From contig JASFQK010000016.1 of the NCBI GenBank assembly GCA_050115495.1, positions 1 through 64,000 of the forward strand: a stretch of DNA of 64,000 nucleotides, written 5' to 3'. Source of the stretch: Phycisphaerae bacterium (GTDB lineage: Bacteria; Planctomycetota; Phycisphaerae; UBA1845; Fen-1342). The notes under the pieces were generated by a model. It was not told the DNA's origin, did not search any database, and saw only the letters and a program-made list of their open reading frames with translations. A program made the translations under genes and the position numbers. Below are positions 8,590 to 17,999 of this stretch, piece by piece (within the stretch, counting starts at the first letter, position 1; each line of letters opens with the position of its first letter).

Positions 8590-10253
8590 ACGCGACCACC
8601 GGCCAGAAACGCGGCGCCGCCGGCGCCATTCGCCTGCTGGGCATCGCCGTGGTGGCTCTCGCCGCCGGTCTCGCAGCGCCGCGGGCGGCTGCTCAGCCCA
8701 CGTCGCAGCCGACAACACAGCCGACCCGCGCTGCGCATGTTGTGGCGACGGAAGGTCGCTTGTGGATGGCGTGCGTGGAGGGCGAGCAGACGTCGTTCAC
8801 GTACACCGAGCCCGCCAGCACGCCGAAGGCCATCGACTCGCTGAGCGCCCGGGCGGCACTTCTGGCTTCGGCGGGGAAAGACCTGTACGCGTTCATGGAG
8901 GACGGCTCGCTCTATTGCTATGCGGACACGTGGCAGCGGGGCATCGATTTGCCGGAGAGTCGGCGGCTCGATCACGCCGTCGTCGTGAGCCGCATTCTGT
9001 ACGGGATTGTGCCTTCAGCCGTTGCCGCCGGATTGTCGCCGCGCGATGCGGCGCAGTCTCAGCCGACGTCGCAGCCGTTTGAACCCGGTCGGGCTCCGCT
9101 CAGCGTTGTCCGCTGCGACAATCGCGGCTGGTCGGCGGTGGTGCCGTGCCCGGTCATCGTGCCGGCCAACACGCCGACGCCGGTGGCGCCGCGCCTGTGC
9201 TATGCGAACGGCAAGATCATGCTGTTCTGGCTGGCCCAGCCGCCGCAGCAGATCAGCTACTTCACGTATGAGCCGACCAGCCGGAGCTGGACGCCTGGGG
9301 TGACCATCGGCGTGCCGGGGTTGACGGCGTTCTGGGTGGCGGAGGTCAACCGCACGCTCACGCTGGTGGCCGCGGTGAGCCACCCGGGGAAGCCCGATCA
9401 ATTGGTCGTGTACCGATTGACCGGTTCGATGGGCGGTGTCGACGACTGGCGGCCCGTGGACGTCGCGCTGTCGCCGCTGCCCGAGGGCGTCGGCGATGTG
9501 CGCCACGTCGACGCGGTCGGTTTCAATCAGCATCTTGGCGTGCTGGCGAGCACGGCGGACGGAACGGCGTGCCTGCAATGGGGACGCCTGGACGGCACGC
9601 CGGCCATGGAAACCACCGACGTTTTCGCCATCCCGGAGGCGATGCAGCAGCCGGTCACCATCTACCAGGGCGTGCGAGCCGCGGTGCTGCTGGCGATCCT
9701 GGTGTGCCTGCTGGCGTTTCGCCGGGGCAGCATCGTCACGGCGGCCAAGCTGCCGCCCGACCTGGCCATCGCGCCGGTTCTCCAGCGGCTGTTCGGCTGC
9801 GCGATTGAGCTGGTGCCGGCGTCGCTGCTGGCGGCGATGATCCTGGGCGTGGGGTGGTTTGACGCCCTGGGGCAGATGCTACGCTGGGCCTTCGAGCCGC
9901 AACTCAACGACACGGGCTTGCCCGACATGCCATACTTGCAGTGGTGGGCGCTGACAGCAGGCATCTACGTCGTGTACAGCTTCGTCATGGAGCTGGCTGT
10001 CGGTCGCACGCTGGGGAAGATGTTGATGCGGCTGGAGCTGCGGGATGAATCCGGCGCGGCGCCGGCCGTGTGGCAAGTCGTGGTGCGGAACGTCGTTCGG
10101 CTGGTGGAGGTGGCTCCACCGTTCTGGCTGCTCGGCTTCTTCATCTTGCTGACGCGGAATCGGCAGCGCGTAGGGGACATCCTGGCTCGGACCGTGGCGG
10201 TGCAACACATTTCGCCGCCGGCCGGCCCGGACGAGGACAAGCCCGCCGAGTGA
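8529..10253 (+). CDS. RDD family membrane protein with large exported N-terminal domain
   Basis: C-terminal RDD motifs (GRTLGKMLMRL, RNVVRLVE, RQRVGDILARTV); signal peptide; true start probably near 8586. Confidence 0.85.
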   Translation: MSGYADGRLVCARHAGGRTLNATTGQKRGAAGAIRLLGIAVVALAAGLAAPRAAAQPTSQPTTQPTRAAHVVATEGRLWMACVEGEQTSFTYTEPASTPKAIDSLSARAALLASAGKDLYAFMEDGSLYCYADTWQRGIDLPESRRLDHAVVVSRILYGIVPSAVAAGLSPRDAAQSQPTSQPFEPGRAPLSVVRCDNRGWSAVVPCPVIVPANTPTPVAPRLCYANGKIMLFWLAQPPQQISYFTYEPTSRSWTPGVTIGVPGLTAFWVAEVNRTLTLVAAVSHPGKPDQLVVYRLTGSMGGVDDWRPVDVALSPLPEGVGDVRHVDAVGFNQHLGVLASTADGTACLQWGRLDGTPAMETTDVFAIPEAMQQPVTIYQGVRAAVLLAILVCLLAFRRGSIVTAAKLPPDLAIAPVLQRLFGCAIELVPASLLAAMILGVGWFDALGQMLRWAFEPQLNDTGLPDMPYLQWWALTAGIYVVYSFVMELAVGRTLGKMLMRLELRDESGAAPAVWQVVVRNVVRLVEVAPPFWLLGFFILLTRNRQRVGDILARTVAVQHISPPAGPDEDKPAE

Positions 10254-10359
10254 TGTGCCGATGGGAACCAGCGGCAGCGTGTCGGCTTCCCGTCTTGCGC
10301 GCTGTCGCCGCCGCTTGACGGATTGTCCTGGGGAGACACCGACAAGCAGGAGGTTCCCA

Positions 10360-13257
10360 ATGTTGCCACAAGGCTGGAACGTTCGTTGCACGCTGGCTGC
10401 TGGCTGCGTCGCTGTTGGGCTGGTCGTGACGGCCGCAGCTCAGGCGAGCGGGGTGGGATCGCTCCCGGAAGTTGTCCATCGTGGCGCGGGGACGCTACGT
10501 CCGGAAACGTCGCCGGATGCCAGTCGGCCACAGGGCTACGAGGGGTACCAGGTTGTCGAGGTGCTCATTGAGACGGAGCGGGAACTGGAGGCGCTGCGCG
10601 GCCTGCTGAACGCCGGGCGGGAGTTCGAGCTGTGGTCTGAAGTGCTGATGCCCGGGCGGATGAAGGTCCGGGTGGCGCCGGCGGGCCAGGACGCATTCGC
10701 CGCCAGCGGCCTGCGCAGCGAGGTCGTCGTCGCCGATCTTCAGGAGTACCTCGACGAGCGCTTCGGCGGCGACCGTGGCGGCGATTTCTTCTCGACGCTG
10801 CGCACGTACGCCGAGCACGAGCAGTTCATCGACGAGTTGGTCGCGCAGTACCCAACGCTCACGGAGAAGTTCTCGCTGGGTACGTCCGTCGAGGGCCGGC
10901 CGATGTGGGCTTTGCACATCAAGGGCTCGGGCACGGACAAGCCCGGCGTGATGTTCCACGGCAGTCAACACGGCAACGAGCAGGCCGGAGCTTCCGTCGT
11001 CGCTTACCTGGCGAGCCACCTGCTCAGCAACTACGGGACGGACGACGAGCTGACCTGGCTCGTCGATCACGTCGATTGGTACCTGCTGCCCATCATGAAC
11101 CCGGACGGCTATGTCGCTTTCCGGCGGCGGAACTCCAACAACATCGACCTGAACCGCAACTGGGGCGGGCCGGGCAGCGGCCAGGACGCCACGGGTGGCT
11201 ACTACCCCTTCTCCGAGCCGGAGACGGCGGCGATGCGTGACTTCTTCCTGAGCCACGCTGACGTCCGCGTGCATGTTGACGTGCACGGGTACGTTAACTG
11301 GATCATGTGGCCGTGGGGACACTCGCCGGAGCTCTGCCCCCGCCACTATTCGTTCGCTCCGCTTGGCCGGGAGATCCACGATCGACTGCTGGCCTCGGGT
11401 GGAGGTGAGTACGATTGGGGGCCCGGCTACGTCGTCAGCTACTGGGTCAGCGGCGGGTCGATGGACTACTCGTACGGCGTGCTCGGCCTCTGGTCGTTCA
11501 CCTTTGAGGTCATCGACGACGACATGCCCGAGACCTGCGAGGAGTTCCTCTCCAGTCTCCTCTTCCTCGGCGGGTGGATCGCCGACTGCAACGAGAACGG
11601 CGTGCCGGACGTGGAGGAGATCGCCGCCGGCACGTCGCTCGATGTCAACAGCAACCAGGTACCCGACGAGTGCGAGTCCGACTGCAACGACAACGGTGTG
11701 CCGGATGAATGGGAACTGGCCACGGGGGCGGTCGGTGACTGCAACGGCAACGCCTACCCCGACGATTGCGACGTCGCCGACGGTCTCGGTACCGACGTGA
11801 ACGGAGACGGCCTGCTGGACGATTGCGTGCTCTGCGAGGCCGGTGCCGCGCCTCGCGTTCTTGTTCCTGGCGGCGCCGCCCAGCAGCAGGCCGGCTGTGC
11901 GGTGGGCGTATCGGGCACGACGGCGGTGATCGGCGCTTTCGGCGACGCTGACCTGGGCTTCTTCACCGGCGCGGTGCACGTGTGCGAGTGGGACGGCGCG
12001 ACCTGGGTCCCACAGGATGAACTGCACGCCGCGGATGCCACGGTCTTCGCCTCGTTCGGTTGGTCCGTGGCGATCAGCGGCAATGTGCTCGTGGTCGGTG
12101 CCGAGAAGGAGGCGGAAAACGGCACGCTCGCGGGAGCGGCCTACGTGTTTCGGCGGTCGGGCGGTTCATGGCAGCAGGAGGCGAAGCTCCTGGCCGCGGA
12201 CGGGGTGACGGGTGATCACTTCGGTTGCAGCGTTGGGTGCTCAGCGAACTTGGTAGCCGTCGGGGCGTGGGGGGATGATGATCTCGGCAGCACGTCCGGG
12301 GCGGTCTACGTCTTCGCTCGTCAGGGTGGGAGCTGGGTGCAGGTGGCCAAGCTGACGGAACCGGAAGGAGATGCGGACTACCGGTTCGGCGAATCGGTGG
12401 CCGTATGCGGCGATACGATCGTCGTCGGGGCCAGTAGTAGCGATGCGCAGGGAGAGAGCTCCGGCGCTGCGTACGTGTACGTCTGTGATGGGCTGGCCTG
12501 CCAGCCGCAGGGTCAGTTGCTCCCCGCTAACGGCGGAGCGGGTCACGCTCTTGGCACGTCGATAGCCGTGAGCGGTGACACGGTCGTCGTCGGCGCGCTG
12601 GGCTACCTGGATCCGTGGCACGAGGGTGCTGCTCACGTCTTTCACCGTGACGGGGCGCAGTGGTCCGAACAAGCTACGTTGCTGATGACGGACCCTGCCT
12701 ACGTGGGCGGCCTTGGGCAAGCGGTGAGCATCGCCGGGAATCCGGCTCAACAAATACTGGTCGGCGCCGATGGCGCCGCCTACCTCTACCGCCAGACGGG
12801 AGACGGCTGGTACAACACGGGGCGTTTCGCTCCCGCGGATGTGGCCAGCACCGACCAATTCGGCACTGCGGTGGCGCTCTCCGGCGTGGCCGCGCTGGTC
12901 GGGGCGCCCGGGGACGACACACTGGGGCAGGCCGCCGGGGCTGTGCGCGTTTTCCAGGGCGTCGGCGACTGCAACGAGAGCGGCCTGCCGGACGCGTGTG
13001 ACCTGGCTGCCGGGACCAGCGTGGACGCCAACGGCAACGGCGTGCCGGACGAGTGCGAGTGGTCGCTGGGCGACCTGAACTGCGATGGCGAGGTCAATAC
13101 CAGCGACGTGCGGCCGTTCGTGCTGGCGGTCGCCGCGCCGCAGACCTACGCCGTCAGCTACCCCTACTGCCACCGGGAACTGGCGGACTGCAACGGCGAC
13201 GGCATAGTGAACAACTTCGACATTGCGTCCTTCGCCGCGCTGCTGGCGGAGCGGTAG
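10360..13257 (+). CDS. secreted M14 zinc carboxypeptidase with FG-GAP repeats and dockerin-like C-terminus
   Basis: HGNE zinc motif, NPDGY, DLNRNW, SEPET; FGxSVA...VVGA repeats; DCNxNGVPD repeats; GDLNCDG; AGGAGG SD before ATG 10360. Confidence 0.9.
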   Translation: MLPQGWNVRCTLAAGCVAVGLVVTAAAQASGVGSLPEVVHRGAGTLRPETSPDASRPQGYEGYQVVEVLIETERELEALRGLLNAGREFELWSEVLMPGRMKVRVAPAGQDAFAASGLRSEVVVADLQEYLDERFGGDRGGDFFSTLRTYAEHEQFIDELVAQYPTLTEKFSLGTSVEGRPMWALHIKGSGTDKPGVMFHGSQHGNEQAGASVVAYLASHLLSNYGTDDELTWLVDHVDWYLLPIMNPDGYVAFRRRNSNNIDLNRNWGGPGSGQDATGGYYPFSEPETAAMRDFFLSHADVRVHVDVHGYVNWIMWPWGHSPELCPRHYSFAPLGREIHDRLLASGGGEYDWGPGYVVSYWVSGGSMDYSYGVLGLWSFTFEVIDDDMPETCEEFLSSLLFLGGWIADCNENGVPDVEEIAAGTSLDVNSNQVPDECESDCNDNGVPDEWELATGAVGDCNGNAYPDDCDVADGLGTDVNGDGLLDDCVLCEAGAAPRVLVPGGAAQQQAGCAVGVSGTTAVIGAFGDADLGFFTGAVHVCEWDGATWVPQDELHAADATVFASFGWSVAISGNVLVVGAEKEAENGTLAGAAYVFRRSGGSWQQEAKLLAADGVTGDHFGCSVGCSANLVAVGAWGDDDLGSTSGAVYVFARQGGSWVQVAKLTEPEGDADYRFGESVAVCGDTIVVGASSSDAQGESSGAAYVYVCDGLACQPQGQLLPANGGAGHALGTSIAVSGDTVVVGALGYLDPWHEGAAHVFHRDGAQWSEQATLLMTDPAYVGGLGQAVSIAGNPAQQILVGADGAAYLYRQTGDGWYNTGRFAPADVASTDQFGTAVALSGVAALVGAPGDDTLGQAAGAVRVFQGVGDCNESGLPDACDLAAGTSVDANGNGVPDECEWSLGDLNCDGEVNTSDVRPFVLAVAAPQTYAVSYPYCHRELADCNGDGIVNNFDIASFAALLAER

Positions 13258-13449
13258 CCGCGGGGAGCGCAGGCCGGCCGCTTGACCGGACGTGCGACGG
13301 CGGGTAATGGTGACCGAAGATCGTGCAGATAGCTTCAGCCGCGGCGCTGCAGGTCGCGGTTCTGTCACTGCGCTCCGGTTGCCGACGTTGCCGGTCGATG
13401 CCCGCACGGCGAGCCGGTTGCGCTGCCTCCTGCTCATGGGAGACCGCCG

Positions 13450-14415
13450 GTGAACATCCGCGATTTCATGCAGAAGCACTACAGGCACTTCAATGCGGCG
13501 ACCGTCGTCGCGGCGGCGGAGGCCTACGAACAGCACCTCGCTCAGGGTGGGCGGATGATGGTCACGCTCGCCGGCGCCATGAGCACCGCCGAACTTGGCT
13601 TGTCGCTGGCGGAAATGATCCGTCAGGACAAGGTGCACGCCGTCACGTGTACCGGGGCCAACCTCGAAGAGGACGTCTTCAACCTCGTCGCCCACGATCA
13701 CTACGTCCGCATTCCGGAGTGGCGCGACCTGAATCCGCAGGACGAGCAGGAGCTGCTCGATCGCCATCTCAACCGGGTGACCGATACGTGCATTCCGGAG
13801 GAGGAGGCCATCCGCCGGATCGAGCACGTTTTGCTGGAAGAGTGGGTCAAGGTGGCGAAGGCCGGGCAGCGGCTGTTCCCGCACGAGTTCTTGTACGGAC
13901 TGCTGCTGAGTGACAAGCTGAAGTCATCGTACCAGATCGACCCGCGGGATTCGTGGCTGCTGGCCGCGGCCGAGCGCAACCTGCCCATCTTCGTGCCTGG
14001 GTGGGAAGACTCGACGCTGGGTAACGTTTTCGCCGCCCGCGTCATCGACGGGGCAATCGAAACGCCGCTCGCGGTCAGGACCGGCATCGAGTACATGCTC
14101 GGGCTCTCCCGGTGGTACGAGACGACGTCGGCCAAGGCCTCGATCGGCTTCTTCCAGATTGGCGGCGGCATCGCCGGCGACTTTCCGATCTGTGTTGTGC
14201 CCATGCTGCGGCAGGACCTGTGCAAGGATGTCCCGCTGTGGGGTTACTTCTGCCAGATCAGCGACAGCACGACGAGCTACGGTTCGTACAGCGGGGCGAT
14301 CCCGAACGAGAAGATCACCTGGGAGAAGCTCAGCCCGGATTCGCCGCGCTTCGTGATCGAGTCGGACGCGACGATCGTGGCGCCGCTCATCTTCGGCTAT
14401 CTGCTGAAATGGTGA
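13450..14415 (+). CDS. deoxyhypusine synthase family protein (homospermidine-synthase-like)
   Basis: motifs LAGAMSTAELG, TGANLEED, IGGGIAGDFPICVVP, SYGSYSGAIPNEKITW. Confidence 0.9.
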   Translation: MNIRDFMQKHYRHFNAATVVAAAEAYEQHLAQGGRMMVTLAGAMSTAELGLSLAEMIRQDKVHAVTCTGANLEEDVFNLVAHDHYVRIPEWRDLNPQDEQELLDRHLNRVTDTCIPEEEAIRRIEHVLLEEWVKVAKAGQRLFPHEFLYGLLLSDKLKSSYQIDPRDSWLLAAAERNLPIFVPGWEDSTLGNVFAARVIDGAIETPLAVRTGIEYMLGLSRWYETTSAKASIGFFQIGGGIAGDFPICVVPMLRQDLCKDVPLWGYFCQISDSTTSYGSYSGAIPNEKITWEKLSPDSPRFVIESDATIVAPLIFGYLLKW

Positions 14416-15575
14416 GGGGCGTCCGCGGGGGCCGCGACCTCGGCGTGAGACTGGGCGTGGTTCTGCTCGCCCTGGTCGCTGGCGGCTGTGCGGGGCGGCA
14501 CCACCACCATCACTGCCGCGCTAGCCACGATGACGTCCCCGCCGCCTTCTTCAAGAGCTCGATCCTCGTCCCGGGACGCGATCTGGTTACGGCAGACCCG
14601 CTGTGGCGGCTCATGTTCGGCGGGGAGGCTCGTGACGACGGGACCGACGGCTCTCCGTTTCACGTGGTTCGTACGCCCGAAAAGCTTCTGCCGCAGCGCG
14701 TCGCCCTGGGGGCGTGCACCGCTCCGCCGCCGGAATTGCCCCTGAAGATCCTCAAGCCGAAGAAGGGCGGGGCGACGCCGGGGTTCATTGGCGAGGATGC
14801 CGGCGGGCGGAAATTCCTCGTCAAGCTCGACCATCCGGATTACCCGGAGTTGGGCTCGACCGCCGAAGTCGTCGGCTCGCGCCTGCTGTGGGCGCTGGGC
14901 TATCACGTTCCGCCGGTGTACCTCGTGCAGATCAGCGGCACCGGCGATCCGCGTTTCGACGGGCAGCGGGCGACGGCCACGTTGTTCATCGAAGATGCCC
15001 GCGGACACTTCCATTTCGACTGGTTCCGCGACCGCCGGGAGGTGCGCGGGTTGCGTTTGGCGTGCGCGTGGCTGAACGACACGGACCGCGTCGGCCCGAA
15101 CACGCTCGTCACCGTGACCGACGACGTGGTTCAATACTACCTCATCGATTTCAACTCGTGCCTCGGTTCGTGGCAGGGCCGGCCGAAGGAGGTGTGGCGC
15201 GGCTGGCGGCACCAGGGGCATGTCGGCTGGTGGCTCGCCGGTGTGGTGACGCTCGGTCTCGTTCATCCGGAGCCAGACCCCACCCAGCCGATCGTCTCGG
15301 CCGCCATCGGTCGGTTCACCGCCGACGGGTTCGATGCGCGGCGCTGGCGTCCGCAGTGGCACAACGGCGCGTTCAAGCGGATGACGGCGAAGGATGCGCG
15401 CTGGCTGACGGCGCAGCTCGCCCGCCTGGACCGCCCGCAGATCGAGGCCGCTGTCGCCGCCGCGGAGCTGAGCGATCCGCGAGATGCGGCGTACCTCGTA
15501 CAGACGCTGCTTCGGCGGCGAGACATCATCTTGCAGACGTTCGGCGATGGGACCGACGCGCCGCCGACGAGGTAG
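14409..15575 (+). CDS. hypothetical lipoprotein with atypical kinase-like motifs
   Basis: ATG overlaps upstream stop; lipobox LVAGGC; FLVKLD, AEVVGSRL, DTDRxxPN, IDFNS. Confidence 0.7.
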   Translation: MVRGVRGGRDLGVRLGVVLLALVAGGCAGRHHHHHCRASHDDVPAAFFKSSILVPGRDLVTADPLWRLMFGGEARDDGTDGSPFHVVRTPEKLLPQRVALGACTAPPPELPLKILKPKKGGATPGFIGEDAGGRKFLVKLDHPDYPELGSTAEVVGSRLLWALGYHVPPVYLVQISGTGDPRFDGQRATATLFIEDARGHFHFDWFRDRREVRGLRLACAWLNDTDRVGPNTLVTVTDDVVQYYLIDFNSCLGSWQGRPKEVWRGWRHQGHVGWWLAGVVTLGLVHPEPDPTQPIVSAAIGRFTADGFDARRWRPQWHNGAFKRMTAKDARWLTAQLARLDRPQIEAAVAAAELSDPRDAAYLVQTLLRRRDIILQTFGDGTDAPPTR

Positions 15576-16175
15576 CTACTTTCGGCGGGAGGGGGGCTTG
15601 CTGATGAAGGGGTTGTCGGCGACGAGGAAGCGGAGCGGCAGATCCTGCGCGACGCTGATGCCGACACGCGGGACCGCGATAATCTCGGGATCTGCCCATT
15701 CGTCATCGCCGGCGTCGGCGATCCAGAGCGTTTGCCCGAGCGTGAGGTCCCAACCGTCGAGACCGCGGTCGATGTTCAGCGCCTCACAGAGCCGGCCGGG
15801 TCCGCGGGCGAGATCGCGCACGCGGTCGATGCCGCGCGACTCCGCCATGCGCTCCATACCAGAAAGCGGCTCCACGGCGCGAATCAGCACGGCACTGGCG
15901 ACGTCTGTTGCCTCCGTGACCGCATTCAGACAGAACCGCGTGTGTATGGTGTAGACATACGCATGGCCGGGCGGGCCGAACATGGCGGCGTTCCGCCGAG
16001 TGCGACCGCGGTAAGAGTGACTGGCGGGGTCGTGCTGGGCGAGATAGGCTTCGGCTTCGACGATTCGTCCGATAAGCACGTCGTCGCCGACGGTTCGGAT
16101 CAGGCGTTTGCCCAGCAGCGCGCGGGCTACGGTGGCGGGGTCGCGGGCGTAGAACGTGCGGGGTAGGGGGGCCAT
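15576..16175 (-). CDS. mpg: DNA-3-methyladenine glycosylase (MPG/AAG family)
   Basis: GRIVEAEAY, MFGPPGHAYVY, AVLIRA, GPGRLCEAL, RVGIS motifs. Confidence 0.92.
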   Translation of the reverse strand: MAPLPRTFYARDPATVARALLGKRLIRTVGDDVLIGRIVEAEAYLAQHDPASHSYRGRTRRNAAMFGPPGHAYVYTIHTRFCLNAVTEATDVASAVLIRAVEPLSGMERMAESRGIDRVRDLARGPGRLCEALNIDRGLDGWDLTLGQTLWIADAGDDEWADPEIIAVPRVGISVAQDLPLRFLVADNPFISKPPSRRK

Positions 16176-16221
16176 TGGGCGCGGTGCCGCTCTGCCGGCT
16201 CGACGGGCCACGTCGGCGGAG

Positions 16222-17340
16222 CTAGGTCAGGTTTTCGGGGTTCAGTGGCGCCAGGTCGTCGGTCACGAAGCGGCCGTCCTTGCGGATCAGCTTGCCGTCG
16301 AGGTGGATCTCGCCGCCGCCGTACTCGGGCGTTTGAATGAGCACGATGTCCCAATGGACCTCGCTCTTGTTGCCGTTGGGGCACTCATCGTACGAGCCGC
16401 CGGGGGTGAAGTGGATGCTGCCGGCGATCTTCTCGTCGAAGAGGGTGTCCTTCATGGCCCGGGTGATGTAGGGGTTCACGCCGAAAGCGAACTCGCCGAC
16501 GTAACGGGCGCCGTCGTCGGTATCGAGGACCTCGTTAAGCTTGTCGGTGTGGTTGCTGGTGGCTTCGATGATCCGGCCGTTGCGGAAGACGAAGCGGATG
16601 TTCTCGTGGGTGGTGCCGCGGTAGACGGTCGGCGTGTTGTAGTGCATGACGCCGTTGATGCTCTCGCGGATCGGGGCGGTGAAGACCTCGCCGTCGGGGA
16701 TGTTCTGCCGGCCGGCGCAGGTGATGGCGGGCAGGCCCTTGATGGAGAAAGTGAGGTCGGTGTCGGAGGGGCCCTTGATGCGGACCTGGTCGGTGGCTTC
16801 GAGACGGGCCTTGAGGGGCAGCATGGCCTTGCCCATCCTGCTGTAGTCCAGCGTGCAGACGTTGAAGTAGAAGTTCTCGAAGGCCTCGGTGGACATGTCG
16901 GCCAGTTGGGCCATGCTCGGGCCGGGCCAGCGGATGACGACCCACCGGGTGTGCGGGACGCGCACCTCGAGGTGGGCCCGCTTCCACACGGTCGATTCGT
17001 AGAGCTTCTGCTGCTCGGCGGTCACGTCGGAGAGCTCGGCCACGTTCGAGCTGCCGCGGGCGCCGATGTAGCACTGCACGCCGCGCATCTGCAAGGCCTC
17101 GACATCGGCCAGCAGGTCCCAGCTCTCGCGCGTGCCGAACTGCATCTGGGCCCGGCTGATCGGGCTGCTCTTGAGCATGATGAGTGGGTGAGCCCCGATC
17201 TCCCGGCAGGCGCGGGCGCACTCGACGGCGAACTCGTTCGGGACGTCGATGGCCTCGATGAGAACCTTGTCGCCGGCCTTGCCTGCAACCGAATATTGAA
17301 CAAGCGAGCGGGCCAGCGTGGTGATACGTGGATCAAGCAT
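16222..17340 (-). CDS. M29 family aminopeptidase
   Basis: NIPDGEVFTAP, GEFAFGVNP, LFDEKIAGSIHFTPG, SEVHWD. Confidence 0.92.
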   Translation of the reverse strand: MLDPRITTLARSLVQYSVAGKAGDKVLIEAIDVPNEFAVECARACREIGAHPLIMLKSSPISRAQMQFGTRESWDLLADVEALQMRGVQCYIGARGSSNVAELSDVTAEQQKLYESTVWKRAHLEVRVPHTRWVVIRWPGPSMAQLADMSTEAFENFYFNVCTLDYSRMGKAMLPLKARLEATDQVRIKGPSDTDLTFSIKGLPAITCAGRQNIPDGEVFTAPIRESINGVMHYNTPTVYRGTTHENIRFVFRNGRIIEATSNHTDKLNEVLDTDDGARYVGEFAFGVNPYITRAMKDTLFDEKIAGSIHFTPGGSYDECPNGNKSEVHWDIVLIQTPEYGGGEIHLDGKLIRKDGRFVTDDLAPLNPENLT

Positions 17341-17498
17341 GGTGTCCTCCTATCGGCACTAGAAACACATAGCTCACCATTTCCGACGGCCGCTGTCAAT
17401 GCGGCGGTGCCCGAGACCGCCGGAGAGCTTGACGGCGCCCCCTCGCGCTCCTACGATCGATGACTGGAGAAGGTCTGCACATACGCGGAGCGGTGGTT

Positions 17499-17999
17499 AT
17501 GGGGCTATGTGAACGGTGTCAAAAGGCGCAGGCGACGTTTCACCTGACGAACATCGATCCGTCGGGCACGAAGCAGGAGCGGCACCTCTGTGAACGCTGC
17601 GCAGTCGAGGAGGGGCTCATCCAGGTCCCCAACACCGTCATGAACATCGAGGACGTCCTGCAAACCGTGGTCAGCAAGGGCAAGAGCAGTACCTCCGCCC
17701 TGGCGGACCTGGTGTGCGAGGAGTGCGGCATCAGCTACGTCGAGTTCCGCAACCACGGCCTGCTCGGCTGTCCGGCGGACTACGACGCCTTTGAGAGCCA
17801 GCTCAAGCGCCTGCTCGAACGGGCGCACGACGGCGGGACGCATCACGTGGGCAAGGTGCCCAAGGGGGCCGGGGAGGTGCGAACGTCCCAGCAGGATCTG
17901 CACCGGCTCAAGCGCCTGCTGAACGAGGCGGTCGCCGCCGAGGACTACGAGCGGGCCGCCACGTTGCGCGATCAGATCCGCGAACTGGAGGAGGCATGA
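17499..17999 (+). CDS. mcsA: McsA-like UvrB/UvrC-motif zinc protein
   Basis: three CxxC motifs plus a degenerate CPAD; GLLGC; C-terminal UVR motif AAEDYERAATLRDQI; overlaps mcsB. Confidence 0.9.
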   Translation: MGLCERCQKAQATFHLTNIDPSGTKQERHLCERCAVEEGLIQVPNTVMNIEDVLQTVVSKGKSSTSALADLVCEECGISYVEFRNHGLLGCPADYDAFESQLKRLLERAHDGGTHHVGKVPKGAGEVRTSQQDLHRLKRLLNEAVAAEDYERAATLRDQIRELEEA

